DNA from: an uncultured delta proteobacterium
Lineage (GTDB): Bacteria > Desulfobacterota > Desulfobacteria > Desulfobacterales > Desulfatirhabdiaceae
Assembly (NCBI GenBank): GCA_963789395.1
Contig: CAWBKP010000015.1
Location: 73,668-137,667, forward strand
Direction: 5' to 3'
Length of the DNA stretch: 64,000 nt
The stretch's first letter is position 1. Every line of letters begins with the position of its first letter. Positions 35,398 through 45,776 of this stretch are shown piece after piece. A program made the position numbers and the translations under genes. Under the pieces are notes generated by a model that made no database searches, was not told the DNA's origin, and saw only the letters and a program-made list of their open reading frames with translations.

Positions 35398-36785
35398 ACC
35401 GTCGCATCCTTATTGACCCGATTACGCGTATAGAAGGGCATGGTAAAATTGAAATCAACCTGGATTCACAGGGAAAGGTCAGCACGGCACGGTTTCAGGT
35501 TCCGGAGTTCAGGGGATTTGAAAAATTCTGCGAGGGCAGGGCCGCAGAAGAAATGCCGATACTCACCCAGAAGATCTGCGGAGTCTGCCCAACCGCCCAT
35601 CACATCGCATCCACCAAAGCCCTTGACGATCTGTTCAATGTCTCTGCGCCCCCTGCTGCAACAAAAATCCGCGAGCTGGCCTATCACGCCTTCATGTACG
35701 AAGATCACCTGCTTCATACCTATTATCTTGGTGGACCGGACTGGATCCTGGGACCGGATGTTCCGGCTTCCCAGCGAAACATACTCGGCCTATCGGACAG
35801 AATGGGAAAACCCTTCACCGCGATGATGATGACAGCAAGGAATAAAGCCAGAGAAATCATTTCCAGAATTACGGGAAGCGCACTCTATCCGGTTTTTGGA
35901 CTTCCCGGCGGCATTTCAAAAGCATTGGGCTCAGCAGACAGGGATTTTGCACTCCAGGCTTCCGGAGACATGGTTGCTTTTGCCGGACTTTCCCTGAAAC
36001 TATTTGAAAAAATCCTGCTGAAAAACGCTTCTCTGTCAAAAATGATGACAGATCCCTTATATTTTCACCCGACTTATTATCTGGGAATGATCGATGATAG
36101 CGGCAGACTTAGCTTTTATGACGGCAGAATTCGAATAATCGATCCGGATGGAATCATTCATTCAACTTTTGATGCCGGGGATTTTTCCCGCCATCTGTCT
36201 GAACGGGTTGAGCCCTGGACTTACATGAAAACCCTGGCACTGAAGGATGCAGGCCAAAGCGGTTTTTCCGCAAATGCGCCACCCGGCATTTATCGGGTCG
36301 GGCCGCTGGCCAGGCTGAATGTCTCAACAGGGCTTTCCACACCGCTGGCTCATGCCGAATATGAAAATATGATGGATTATTTTGGTAAAAAACCCGTTCA
36401 TCACACCATGGCCTACCACTGGGCCAGATTGATCGAAGTGCTTTATGCCGCCGAACGGACTGCCGAAATCGCCGCAGATGCGAACATTCTTGACACGGAA
36501 GTTCGGTCCCTGCCCAAACCGCTGCTAACCGAACAATCGGGTACCGGAGCCTGCGAAGCGCCCAGAGGAACCTTGTTTCATAGCTATCTGGCAGACTCAC
36601 AGGCGATAATACAGAAACTCAACCTTGTCGTTGCCACGCAGCACAATGCGGCTGCCATCTGCCACTCGGTATATCAGGCAGCTTCACAGCTCATTTCGGA
36701 CGGTCAGATTTCAGAGTCGATCCTGAACCGGATCGAAATGGCTTACCGGGCCTACGATCCCTGCCTGGCCTGCGCAACGCACTGA
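35394..36785 (+). CDS. [NiFe]-hydrogenase large subunit, MvhA-like
   Basis: IDPITRIEGHG, RGFE, ICGVCPTAH (L1), EAPRGTL.H, AYDPCLACATH* (L2); ATGA overlap with the small subunit. Confidence 0.92.
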   Translation: MNRRILIDPITRIEGHGKIEINLDSQGKVSTARFQVPEFRGFEKFCEGRAAEEMPILTQKICGVCPTAHHIASTKALDDLFNVSAPPAATKIRELAYHAFMYEDHLLHTYYLGGPDWILGPDVPASQRNILGLSDRMGKPFTAMMMTARNKAREIISRITGSALYPVFGLPGGISKALGSADRDFALQASGDMVAFAGLSLKLFEKILLKNASLSKMMTDPLYFHPTYYLGMIDDSGRLSFYDGRIRIIDPDGIIHSTFDAGDFSRHLSERVEPWTYMKTLALKDAGQSGFSANAPPGIYRVGPLARLNVSTGLSTPLAHAEYENMMDYFGKKPVHHTMAYHWARLIEVLYAAERTAEIAADANILDTEVRSLPKPLLTEQSGTGACEAPRGTLFHSYLADSQAIIQKLNLVVATQHNAAAICHSVYQAASQLISDGQISESILNRIEMAYRAYDPCLACATH

Positions 36786-36902
36786 ATACAGAAGAAAACG
36801 ATATTATTCCGAAAATATCCATGTTATAATATTTTGAGATATATTCATTTATTGTTAGTTGCCACTGATAATGAACACCCCGTATAAAGGGAGGCTAACC
36901 AA

Positions 36903-37127
36903 ATGGCAGTCGTGGTACTTGATGCACTCGGGGTAAAATGTCCTCAGCCTGTTTTAAAAATCGCCGTAAAAGCCCCCAGTATGGCGGCTGGCGATATTCT
37001 GGAAGTGCTGGGGGACTGCCCGACATTTGAACGCGATATCCGGGCTTGGTGCCAGCGTCTCGGGAAAGTGATGCTTTCGGTAAAGGAAGAAGGCGACGAT
37101 GCCAAAAGAATTCAGATTCAATTCTGA
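36903..37127 (+). CDS. TusA/SirA-family sulfur carrier
   Basis: LDALGVKCPQP motif, 74 aa, RBS GGGAGG. Confidence 0.85.
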   Translation: MAVVVLDALGVKCPQPVLKIAVKAPSMAAGDILEVLGDCPTFERDIRAWCQRLGKVMLSVKEEGDDAKRIQIQF

Positions 37128-37245
37128 CGAAATGCTTTGGGCGCCTTTGATACGTGGCATATCGACCTGCATTTTGGTATCAATTGCAGGAACTGATTTT
37201 ACCCCTTTTTTGACCCAATAAAAGACTTTCAGAAGGATTAGATAC

Positions 37246-39810
37246 GTGACCGCTCCTGCCCCCTGCTGGGAACAATTCGGGTGTAGCCAGAAAGACTGCC
37301 CGGTAAAGATGTTAAACAAAACCGAATGTTGGAGCGTCCCCTCTCTGAACTGCCGGGGAGAACTTCTGGAAAGCTTTTCAGATAAAATAAAAAAATGCCT
37401 GGACTGCCTCTATTTCAAGCAGATCAAAACCCCGGAAATCCTTGAGGCCATGCTTGCTCAACTGCTTGGTTGGCATACTGAAGCCGTCAAACTGTCTTTG
37501 GAACAGGGTCGTGATCAGGAGCTTAACCATGCTGAAATGTCCGTTGGGCTGTCCGAAGTATTTGAAGCCCTGAGAAAAATCGCATCCGGGGACCCGTCTG
37601 TTCGAATCTCAGAAGACTCCAACCTTGAGCTTATCACCCATCTGAAAGAACTGGTCAACCTTACGGCCCTAAACTTGGGCGAAATTGTTGACCTGTCGCA
37701 TGAATTTGCCATCGGCCTGGCTGAACATTTTGATGTCCTGCACCGGGTGTCATGCGGCGATCTTTCAGCACGGATCACGGGAACGTCGCCCGTGGAGCTT
37801 CTGGAGTCCTTAAAGCACGTCACAAACGATATGATCCAAAACGTATCCCGGCAAATCGCCGACCGGAGAAAAGCCGAAGAAGAGGCCCAGGAAAACGAAC
37901 GACTGATATCTACCCTGATGAAAAATCTTCCCGGCATGGTGTATCGGTGCCGGAACGACAGCAACTGGACCATGACTTTTGTCAGCGATGGATGCATGAA
38001 CCTGACCGGATATGCGCCGCATGATCTGATTGGCAACCGAACTCGGTCCTTTAATGATCTGATTCACCCCGACGACCAGGAGATGGTTTGGAAACAGGTT
38101 CAGGAAGCCGTTTTACAGCAGCGTCCCTATCAGCTTCAGTACCGGATTGAGGATGCAGTCGGCAATGAAAAATGGGTCTGGGAGCAGGGATCGGGCGTTT
38201 ACTCGGATGAAGGCGAACTGCTTGCCCTGGAAGGCTTTATCAATGATATTACCGAGCGAAAAACGTCAGAGGTACTGATCAAGGCTTCCGAGGCAAAATA
38301 CCGGGCACTGGTGAACAATATACAGGATGGCGTCTTTATCCTTCAGGACAGCAAAATTCGATTTGTGAACGATGCCCTGGCGTGCATGCTGGGATATTCG
38401 GTAGAAGAGATGACGGATCTGGACTTTCTGATACTGGTTGCCCCGGAATACCAGCAGGTTACGGCCGATCGCTACCGCCGGCGACAGGCCGGTGAAATCG
38501 TCGAAAGCGAATATGAATTTGATCTTCTTCATAAGGATGGTGCCACCCGGTTGACAGTCAACCTGAACATCGGCGTTTTTACCTATCGGGGAAAAACAGC
38601 CAGCCTCGGAACCATCAAGGATATCACCGATAAAAAGCGTGCCGCGCAGGAACGGATAAAACTGGAAAGTCAACTCCAGCAGGCGAATAAAATGGAAGCC
38701 ATCGGCACGCTTGCCGGCGGCATTGCCCATGATTTTAACAACCTGCTCATGGGCATTCTCGGCAATGCCACCCTGACACTGATGAACATGGACCCCGGAC
38801 ATCCTGGTTACGATCGACTGAAAAACATCGAAAAATATGTTCAAAGTGGCGCGGAACTCACCCGACAACTTCTGGGGTTTGCCAGAGGGGGAAAATTTGA
38901 AGTCAGGCCAACCAATCTGAACGAATTGATCCGGCACACTTCGGAGATGTTCGGCCGCACGAAAAAGGAAATCACCATCTGTTTAAACCTTCAAAAAGAC
39001 ATCTGGACGGTTGATGTGGACCGGGGTCAGATCGAGCAGGTGCTGCTGAATTTTTATGTCAACGCCTGGCAGGCCATGCCCTCTGGCGGGAAACTTCATC
39101 TTCAAACCGCAAATGAGACCCTGGACAACAGTTATATCCAGGCTTTTTCCGTGGTTCCTGGAAATTACGTCAATTTTTCCATAACCGACACCGGCGTGGG
39201 GATGGATTCCGACACCCAGAAACGCGTATTCGAGCCGTTTTTCACCACCAAGGAAAAAGGCAGAGGAACCGGACTGGGACTGGCGTCGGCTTACGGGATC
39301 ATCAAAAATCACGGCGGCTTTATCAATGTAATGAGTGAACAAGGAAAGGGAACGTCTTTTACAGTCTATCTTCCGGCTTCAACAAAACCGGCACGCTTTG
39401 AGAGGAAAGTTCCCGAAGCTGTTGTAAAGGGTTCAGGAACGATTCTCCTGGTGGATGATGAGCAGATGATCCTTGATGTCGGCACCCAGATGCTGGAAAA
39501 ACTGGGCTATGAGGTGGTAACCGCACCAAACGGCCAGGAGGCCGTCAAGATTTTTGAATGCAACCAGGACCGCATTGTTCTGGTGATCCTGGATATGATC
39601 ATGCCGGTAATGGGCGGCAGCGAAACCTTTGATAAACTCAAATCGATTCATCCATCCCTGAAGGTTCTTCTGTCCAGCGGCTATGCGGTTGATGGCCAGG
39701 CATCCGATATCCTGAACCGCGGTTGCAACGGGTTTATCCAGAAGCCATTCAACCTGGAAACACTGTCCAGAAAAACCAACGAGGCCCTGGTTCCGGATAC
39801 AATGAATTAA
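37246..39810 (+). CDS. Hybrid sensor histidine kinase (Cys-rich N-terminus, HAMP-like repeats, 2 PAS, HisKA, HATPase, receiver)
   Basis: LAGGIAHDFNN, FEPFFTTK..G.GTGLGL, ILLVDDE, ILDMIMP, FIQKPF. Confidence 0.92.
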   Translation: MTAPAPCWEQFGCSQKDCPVKMLNKTECWSVPSLNCRGELLESFSDKIKKCLDCLYFKQIKTPEILEAMLAQLLGWHTEAVKLSLEQGRDQELNHAEMSVGLSEVFEALRKIASGDPSVRISEDSNLELITHLKELVNLTALNLGEIVDLSHEFAIGLAEHFDVLHRVSCGDLSARITGTSPVELLESLKHVTNDMIQNVSRQIADRRKAEEEAQENERLISTLMKNLPGMVYRCRNDSNWTMTFVSDGCMNLTGYAPHDLIGNRTRSFNDLIHPDDQEMVWKQVQEAVLQQRPYQLQYRIEDAVGNEKWVWEQGSGVYSDEGELLALEGFINDITERKTSEVLIKASEAKYRALVNNIQDGVFILQDSKIRFVNDALACMLGYSVEEMTDLDFLILVAPEYQQVTADRYRRRQAGEIVESEYEFDLLHKDGATRLTVNLNIGVFTYRGKTASLGTIKDITDKKRAAQERIKLESQLQQANKMEAIGTLAGGIAHDFNNLLMGILGNATLTLMNMDPGHPGYDRLKNIEKYVQSGAELTRQLLGFARGGKFEVRPTNLNELIRHTSEMFGRTKKEITICLNLQKDIWTVDVDRGQIEQVLLNFYVNAWQAMPSGGKLHLQTANETLDNSYIQAFSVVPGNYVNFSITDTGVGMDSDTQKRVFEPFFTTKEKGRGTGLGLASAYGIIKNHGGFINVMSEQGKGTSFTVYLPASTKPARFERKVPEAVVKGSGTILLVDDEQMILDVGTQMLEKLGYEVVTAPNGQEAVKIFECNQDRIVLVILDMIMPVMGGSETFDKLKSIHPSLKVLLSSGYAVDGQASDILNRGCNGFIQKPFNLETLSRKTNEALVPDTMN

Positions 39811-39943
39811 AATTCATTGTATTTGACCTGCTGTTTTTTTTGTCTTTCTGAGAATATATTCCAAATTCATTCCCAGATTAATTCAATTATTCGCTTGAAT
39901 TAACGGAATATATTTCCCATTCCCTCCCCAGCTCATGTTTTTC

Positions 39944-39990
39944 TTGACATCGCAAGTCATCCTCTGGTAAATGAATGAATACTCATTCAT
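39944..39990 (+). promoter_or_regulatory. Sigma70-like promoter (TTGACA at 39944) with an overlapping palindromic operator ATGAATGA-ATAC-TCATTCAT (39971-39990), FadR(YsiA)-box-like
   Basis: Perfect 8-bp inverted repeat matching TGAATGANTANTCATTCA directly upstream of fadN-fadA. Confidence 0.75.
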
Positions 39991-40068
39991 ATTCAAGCGG
40001 AATCGGGTCTTAATCATTCGGCGTTTCCATATAACAGGGGTATGAAATCAACCACTCAGGAGGCTATT

Positions 40069-42474
40069 ATGAACAGAAAAATCAGGACGGCTGCAGTTAT
40101 CGGCTCAGGCGTCATGGGCGGCGGGATTGCCGCGCTTCTTGCCAGCGCCGGCGTCAAAACGCTGTTGCTGGACATTGTTCCATTTGACTTGAAGGACACG
40201 GAGAAAACCAACCCGGCTGCCAGAAACCGGATCGTCAAGGCCGGGATGGATACGGTTCTGATGTCCAGGCCGGCCCTTCTCATGCAGCGGAAAGACGCCG
40301 ATCTGATCACCATCGGAAACATGGAGGATGATTTCCACAAGCTTTCAGACTGCGACTGGATTGTCGAGGTTGTGGTTGAAAACCTGAAAATCAAACAGGA
40401 ACTTTTTAAACGCATCGAACCGGTCCGCAAAAAAGGCAGCATCATTTCCTCAAACACATCCGGAATTCCGCTGAAAGCCATGTCCGAAGGACTGAGCCAG
40501 GATTTTCGTCAGCATTTTCTGGGAACGCACTTCTTCAATCCGGTCCGGTACATGAAGCTACTGGAAATCATTCCCGGCGAGGAAACCCTGTCTGAAGTCC
40601 TTTCCTTCATGGCCGATTACGGCGAACGGATTCTGGGTAAAGGCATCGTATGGGCCAAGGATACTCCCAATTTCGTCGCCAACCGGATCGGGGTTCAGGG
40701 CATTGTCAAGGCCATGCAGCTCATGATGGAAGACGGCATCAGCATTCCCGAAGTGGACGCACTGTTCGGCCCGGTTCTGGGCCGCCCAAAAACCGCCATG
40801 TTCAAGACCACCGACCTGGTGGGTCTGGACACCATGGGGCATGTTGCCGGCAACACTCATGCCCTGGTGGTGAACGATGAAGCCAGGGACAGTTTTGTCG
40901 TACCGGATTTTGTCAAGAAAATGATCGAAAAGAAGTTTCTGGGCAATAAAACCCAGGGCGGCTTTTACAAAACCGAGCTGACCCCCGAATGGAAAAAAAT
41001 CCGGAAAGTCATTGATCCGTCCACCCTGGAATATGTGGAATACGCCCCTGCGGATTTTCCCTGTCTGGCTGCGGCAAAAAATGCCAAAACCCTTCCCGAG
41101 AAAATGAAAGCCGTGCTGTACGGGGATGACAGAGGCGCCCGCTATGCCTGGAAAGCCCTTTCCCACAATCTGATTTATTCGGCCAACCGGATTCCGGAGA
41201 TTTCCGACACCCTCGTTGAAATCGACAACGGCATGAAATGGGGCTTTAATTTCACCATGGGCCCATTTGAAACCTGGGATGCCATCGGACTGGTCGAATC
41301 CGTTGCAAGAATGGAAAAAGACGGACTTGCGGTTCCGGCCGCCATCAAAAAAATGATCGCAGCCGGCCATACGGCATTCTATAAAACCGAAGCCGGCAAA
41401 CTCCAGTATTATGATTTTGCGTCCGGATCCTACAAGGATGTCAAGACCAGCGAGAATGTCATCTCCCTGGCATCTCTGAAAGCTGCCGGAAAACTGGTAA
41501 AAACCTGCAAATCCGCTTCGTTGGTGGACATCGGCGACGGCGTCTTCTGCTGTGAATTCCACACCAAGATGAATGCCCTCAACGGCGAAATCGTTCAGTT
41601 TATGGGGGAATGCACGGACTACGTAGACGCCAACGGCGTGGGCCTTGTCATCGGCAACCAGGCAGGCGGCATGCCCGGCGCATTTTCAGCCGGCGGAGAT
41701 CTTGCTTTCATGTCCGCCCTGGCAAAGGAAGGCAAATACGCGGAAATCGATGCGTTTCTGGCCCAGGCGCATGCAGGATCACTTAAAACCAGATATTCCA
41801 GCTTTCCGGTTGTGGCAGCGCCTTATGGCATGACACTAGGCGGCGGATGCGAAGTATGCCTGTTCGCCGACAGGATCGTGGCCCATTCGGAGCTTTATAT
41901 GGGGCTGGTTGAAATCGGCGTTGGCCTTCTGCCCGGTGGCGGAGGCTGCCTGAATTTGTGGCGGAAAATGACGGCCAATATTCCCGAAGCAGCCACGGAT
42001 GTGGATCTGGCAAAATTCTTCGTTCCGACCTTCATGGCCATTGCCATGGCCAAGGTATCCACATCGGCCGCAGAAGCCCGTGCCAATGGATTTCTGGGTC
42101 CCAATGACCGGATCATCTTCAACCGGGATTATCTGATCGGCGAAGCCAAAAAAGAAGTCCTGAAAATGGTGGATGAAGGCTATGCGCCGCCAGTCAAGCG
42201 CAAGATCAAGGTTTTCGGCCAAGCAGCCCAGGGCATGATCAATGCCGAGCTCTTCAACATGGAAAGCGCCAAATTCGTCAGCGAATACGACGTGTTTTTA
42301 GCCAAACGCATTGCTTTTGTCATCAGTGGCGGAGACGTGCGAACCAACAGCGAGGTGGATGAAGAAACCATTCTCAAGCTGGAACGCGATGCGTTCATCG
42401 ATTTCTGGAAACAGGAAAAAACCGTTGCCAGAGTCGACCATATCCTGAAAACCGGCAAACCGCTTAGAAATTAA
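40069..42474 (+). CDS. fadN: 3-hydroxyacyl-CoA dehydrogenase/enoyl-CoA hydratase fusion (FadN-type)
   Basis: VIGSGVMGGGIA, SSNTSG, THFFNP, KDTPNFVANRIG; C-terminal crotonase LGGGCE, GLVE.GVGL.PGGGG; RBS AGGAGG. Confidence 0.88.
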   Translation: MNRKIRTAAVIGSGVMGGGIAALLASAGVKTLLLDIVPFDLKDTEKTNPAARNRIVKAGMDTVLMSRPALLMQRKDADLITIGNMEDDFHKLSDCDWIVEVVVENLKIKQELFKRIEPVRKKGSIISSNTSGIPLKAMSEGLSQDFRQHFLGTHFFNPVRYMKLLEIIPGEETLSEVLSFMADYGERILGKGIVWAKDTPNFVANRIGVQGIVKAMQLMMEDGISIPEVDALFGPVLGRPKTAMFKTTDLVGLDTMGHVAGNTHALVVNDEARDSFVVPDFVKKMIEKKFLGNKTQGGFYKTELTPEWKKIRKVIDPSTLEYVEYAPADFPCLAAAKNAKTLPEKMKAVLYGDDRGARYAWKALSHNLIYSANRIPEISDTLVEIDNGMKWGFNFTMGPFETWDAIGLVESVARMEKDGLAVPAAIKKMIAAGHTAFYKTEAGKLQYYDFASGSYKDVKTSENVISLASLKAAGKLVKTCKSASLVDIGDGVFCCEFHTKMNALNGEIVQFMGECTDYVDANGVGLVIGNQAGGMPGAFSAGGDLAFMSALAKEGKYAEIDAFLAQAHAGSLKTRYSSFPVVAAPYGMTLGGGCEVCLFADRIVAHSELYMGLVEIGVGLLPGGGGCLNLWRKMTANIPEAATDVDLAKFFVPTFMAIAMAKVSTSAAEARANGFLGPNDRIIFNRDYLIGEAKKEVLKMVDEGYAPPVKRKIKVFGQAAQGMINAELFNMESAKFVSEYDVFLAKRIAFVISGGDVRTNSEVDEETILKLERDAFIDFWKQEKTVARVDHILKTGKPLRN

Positions 42475-42492
42475 GAATAGGAGAATTCTACT

Positions 42493-43671
42493 ATGAGAGA
42501 CGCTTATATCGTTACATCCGTTCGAACCCCGGGGTGCCGGCGAGGCAAGGGGGGATTCAAAGACACACGGCCGGAAGACCTGCTGTCCTTTATTCTGAAT
42601 GCAGCCATGGAAAAAACCCCGAACCTGGAAAAGAAAGACGTGGATGACATGATGATCGGCTGCTCGTTTCCGGAAGCAGAACAGGGGCTGAATATCGGCC
42701 GCATCGCCTCCCAGATCGCCGGATTTCCCCCGGAAGTCTCCGGTGCAACCGTTAACCGGTTCTGCTCATCCGGGCTTGAAGCCATTGCCCTGGCGTCCCT
42801 GCGGGTCATGTCCGGGTGGTCCGATATCGTCATCGGCGGCGGCATCGAATCCATGACGTATGTGCCGATGGGCGGAAATCTTCCCCGGCCGCATCCGGAT
42901 CACAGCAAAACGCGCGCGGATCTCTACGCGTCCATGGGCATTACCGCGGAAAACGTCGCCAACCGCTACAAGGTGTCCCGGCAGGAGCAGGATGAATTTG
43001 CGTATCAGTCTCACCTGAAAGCCGGCGAGGCAAAAGCCAAGGGGCTCTTTACCGAAATCGTTCCGACACCTGCTGCAAAATTCGTCAAACAGCCGGACGG
43101 GACATACAAGAAAGAAACATTCATCGTATCCGATGATGACGGCATCCGGGAAAGCACCACAGTGGAAGGGCTTGCCAAACTGCGGCCGGTATTTGCTGCC
43201 AACGGATCCGTTACAGCCGGGAATTCCTCCCAGACCACGGACGGCGCGGCTGCAACCATCATTATGTGCGGCGAAAAAGTCAAGGCCCTTGGCCTTAAAC
43301 CCATTGCCAAGCTCAAATGCTACACCACTGTCGGCTGCGAAGCCGATGAAATGGGCGTCGGCCCCCGGTACGCCATACCCAAGCTCCTGAAACTGGCAGG
43401 AATGTCGATCCAGGATATCGACCTTTTCGAGATCAACGAAGCCTTTGCATCCCAGGCCATTTACAGCGTCCGGGAACTTGGCATCGATATGGCCAGAGTC
43501 AACATTCACGGCGGCGCCATTGCGCTGGGGCATCCGCTGGGCTGCACCGGCGCCAAACTCTGCGCCACGCTTCTGGCCAACATGAAACAGCGCGGTGTCA
43601 AATACGGCATCGAATCCATGTGCATCGGCGGCGGCATGGGCGCGGCAGCCTTATTCGAAATGTGCGACTAA
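42493..43671 (+). CDS. fadA: Acetyl-CoA C-acyltransferase (3-ketoacyl-CoA thiolase)
   Basis: VNRFCSSGL, NEAFA, GGAIALGHPLG, CIGGGMG. Confidence 0.93.
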   Translation: MRDAYIVTSVRTPGCRRGKGGFKDTRPEDLLSFILNAAMEKTPNLEKKDVDDMMIGCSFPEAEQGLNIGRIASQIAGFPPEVSGATVNRFCSSGLEAIALASLRVMSGWSDIVIGGGIESMTYVPMGGNLPRPHPDHSKTRADLYASMGITAENVANRYKVSRQEQDEFAYQSHLKAGEAKAKGLFTEIVPTPAAKFVKQPDGTYKKETFIVSDDDGIRESTTVEGLAKLRPVFAANGSVTAGNSSQTTDGAAATIIMCGEKVKALGLKPIAKLKCYTTVGCEADEMGVGPRYAIPKLLKLAGMSIQDIDLFEINEAFASQAIYSVRELGIDMARVNIHGGAIALGHPLGCTGAKLCATLLANMKQRGVKYGIESMCIGGGMGAAALFEMCD

Positions 43672-43673
43672 AA

Positions 43674-43709
43674 AAAGGGGGGCGAATCAAACGATTCCGC
43701 CCCCCCTTT
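43674..43709. terminator. Bidirectional intrinsic terminator between fadA and ptsI
   Basis: aaagggggg-cgaatc..gattccg-ccccccc-ttt hairpin between convergent genes. Confidence 0.7.
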
Positions 43710-43731
43710 CACGCACACGATCTTGTAATTC

Positions 43732-45492
43732 TCACATCCCATACCCGCCATTTTGACCGAATCGACTCTGAACGCGCTCCATAACGGCCTGAGCTGTTTT
43801 TTCTTTCATAATGTCGCGGAGAAACCGTCGCGTTTCTTTCACATTCAAGGATCGAATCGTCTGTTTGGCCAGGGGAATGGCGTTCGGGTTCATGCTGAAT
43901 TCCTGAATGCCAAGCCCCATCAGGACGGGAATGTGAAGGGGATCTCCTGCCATTTCCCCGCACATGAACACTTTTTTCCCTTTTGCCAGAGCCGCATCCA
44001 CGATCTGCCGAAGCAGGCGTAAAATCGCCGGATGCAGCGGATTAAAGAGATAGGCCACCTGACGGTTTCCCCGATCGATGGCCAGTGAAAACTGAATCAG
44101 GTCATTGGTGCCGATGCTGAAAAAGTCGACGGCATCCGCCAGAATATCGGACAGGATGACCGCAGAAGGCACTTCAATCATGATTCCGATTTCGATGTCG
44201 CGGTCATGCTTAATTCCCTCTGCTGTCAACTCATCCGATACCGTATCGAGCATGGCTTTGGCTTCCTGAATTTCTTCATAACCGGAAATCATGGGGAATA
44301 AAATGCGGACATTCCCGTAAACCGCTGCCCGTAAAATGGCGCGAAGCTGGGTTTTGAAGACATCCGGATGCCTGAGGCAAAACCGGATAGCCCGAAGTCC
44401 CAGTGCCGGATTGTCCTCAGCGCTTTCTGTCGGCCGGTCAAGCGCTTTGTCTCCGTTGATGTCCAGCGTGCGGATGGTTACCGGTTTCGGCGCCACGACT
44501 TCCACAACATCTTTATACTTGTCAAAGAGCTCGGCTTCACCGGGATAATCCGGTCGGCCCAGGTATTGAAATTCGGTCCGGTACAGGCCGATGCCGTCTC
44601 CCCCGTGATCCAGCACGGAAACGATCTCTTCGGGAAGTTCGATATTGCCCATTACCATAATCCGGTGACCGTCAAGGGTAACCGCATCCAGATGACTCTG
44701 CCGGTCAAGCGCCGCCATGCGAATTTCATACTGAATCCGCCGTTCTTCATACGTAACGAGGGTCTGCTCGGAAGGATGAATAATAACGGTGCCGGAAATG
44801 CCATCCACGATAATCAGATCATCGTTACAAATGGTTTTTGTCGCATGATCCAGACCGGAGACCGCCGGAATCCCCAGCGATCTGGCAATTATACTGGTAT
44901 GCGATGTTCCGCCGCCCTTGTCCGTGACAAAACCCTTGACGCGTTCCAGTTGAATCTGGCTGGTCTGAGCCGGAGACAAATCCATGGCAACCAGTATCAC
45001 GCGCTTATCAATCGAAGCAATATTGATTTTTTCAGATCCCACAAGTGCCTGCAGGATTCTGTCCGATACATGTCCGATGTCAATGGCACGTTCCTTCAAA
45101 TACGGATCGGACATATTCAGAAACATGGTCTTCAGGGAAGAAACCACTTTTTTCAGGGCCCATTCGGCATTGATTAGATCCGATTCGATGATTTCAATAG
45201 TTTTTTCGTAAAGCAGCTTGTCTTTCAGCAGGATGACATGGGTCTCGAGGATGTCGATATGTTCCTTTAGCGCATCGGGCGTATTCTCGATGATGGCGCG
45301 AAGTTCGATTTTGGCTTTTTTAACAGCCAATTTGAATCGCTTGATCTCCGAATGAACATGGAGCTGAGAGATATGATATTTTTCGACAACATCGACCCCT
45401 TCCACATCGACCAGATATGCTTTTCCAATGCAGATGCCCGGAGATACGCCGATACCGGTAAGAATGATTTCCCGAGGGTCGCTATCTGTCAT
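43732..45492 (-). CDS. ptsI: PTS enzyme I (PEP-protein phosphotransferase)
   Basis: TSHTSIIAR (phospho-His), GIGLYRTEF, RTLD, NPALGLRAIR, FFSIGTNDL, CGEMAG. Confidence 0.93.
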   Translation of the reverse strand: MTDSDPREIILTGIGVSPGICIGKAYLVDVEGVDVVEKYHISQLHVHSEIKRFKLAVKKAKIELRAIIENTPDALKEHIDILETHVILLKDKLLYEKTIEIIESDLINAEWALKKVVSSLKTMFLNMSDPYLKERAIDIGHVSDRILQALVGSEKINIASIDKRVILVAMDLSPAQTSQIQLERVKGFVTDKGGGTSHTSIIARSLGIPAVSGLDHATKTICNDDLIIVDGISGTVIIHPSEQTLVTYEERRIQYEIRMAALDRQSHLDAVTLDGHRIMVMGNIELPEEIVSVLDHGGDGIGLYRTEFQYLGRPDYPGEAELFDKYKDVVEVVAPKPVTIRTLDINGDKALDRPTESAEDNPALGLRAIRFCLRHPDVFKTQLRAILRAAVYGNVRILFPMISGYEEIQEAKAMLDTVSDELTAEGIKHDRDIEIGIMIEVPSAVILSDILADAVDFFSIGTNDLIQFSLAIDRGNRQVAYLFNPLHPAILRLLRQIVDAALAKGKKVFMCGEMAGDPLHIPVLMGLGIQEFSMNPNAIPLAKQTIRSLNVKETRRFLRDIMKEKTAQAVMERVQSRFGQNGGYGM

Positions 45493-45494
45493 GG

Positions 45495-45776
45495 TCAATT
45501 CTCTCCGAAACCGCTTTCAGCCAGGGTTGCAATCGCATTCAATGTCTCCATATCCTCAGCATTTTCAACAGCGAACCGAATTGGGGATCCCTTGGGGCAA
45601 TACAGGGAAAGGATATCAATAATGCTTTTGGCATCAACCTGTTCCCCATCGCTGATCATCCAGACTCTGGATACAGCCTTTGCGGCAAGCATGGCAATCT
45701 GAGCCGCGGGCCGGGCGTGAAGCCCCAGAGAATTGATAAGCGTAACATCCTTTGTAATCATGGTATTTTCTGTCAT
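45495..45776 (-). CDS. ptsH: HPr phosphocarrier
   Basis: GLHARPAA (His15) and DAKSII (Ser46). Confidence 0.9.
   Translation of the reverse strand: MTENTMITKDVTLINSLGLHARPAAQIAMLAAKAVSRVWMISDGEQVDAKSIIDILSLYCPKGSPIRFAVENAEDMETLNAIATLAESGFGEN

Noticed and set aside
36783..36785. TGA after the hydrogenase L2 motif as Sec ([NiFeSe])
   Set aside because: Sec in NiFeSe enzymes replaces the first Cys of DPCxxC, which is TGC here; the TGA follows the terminal His
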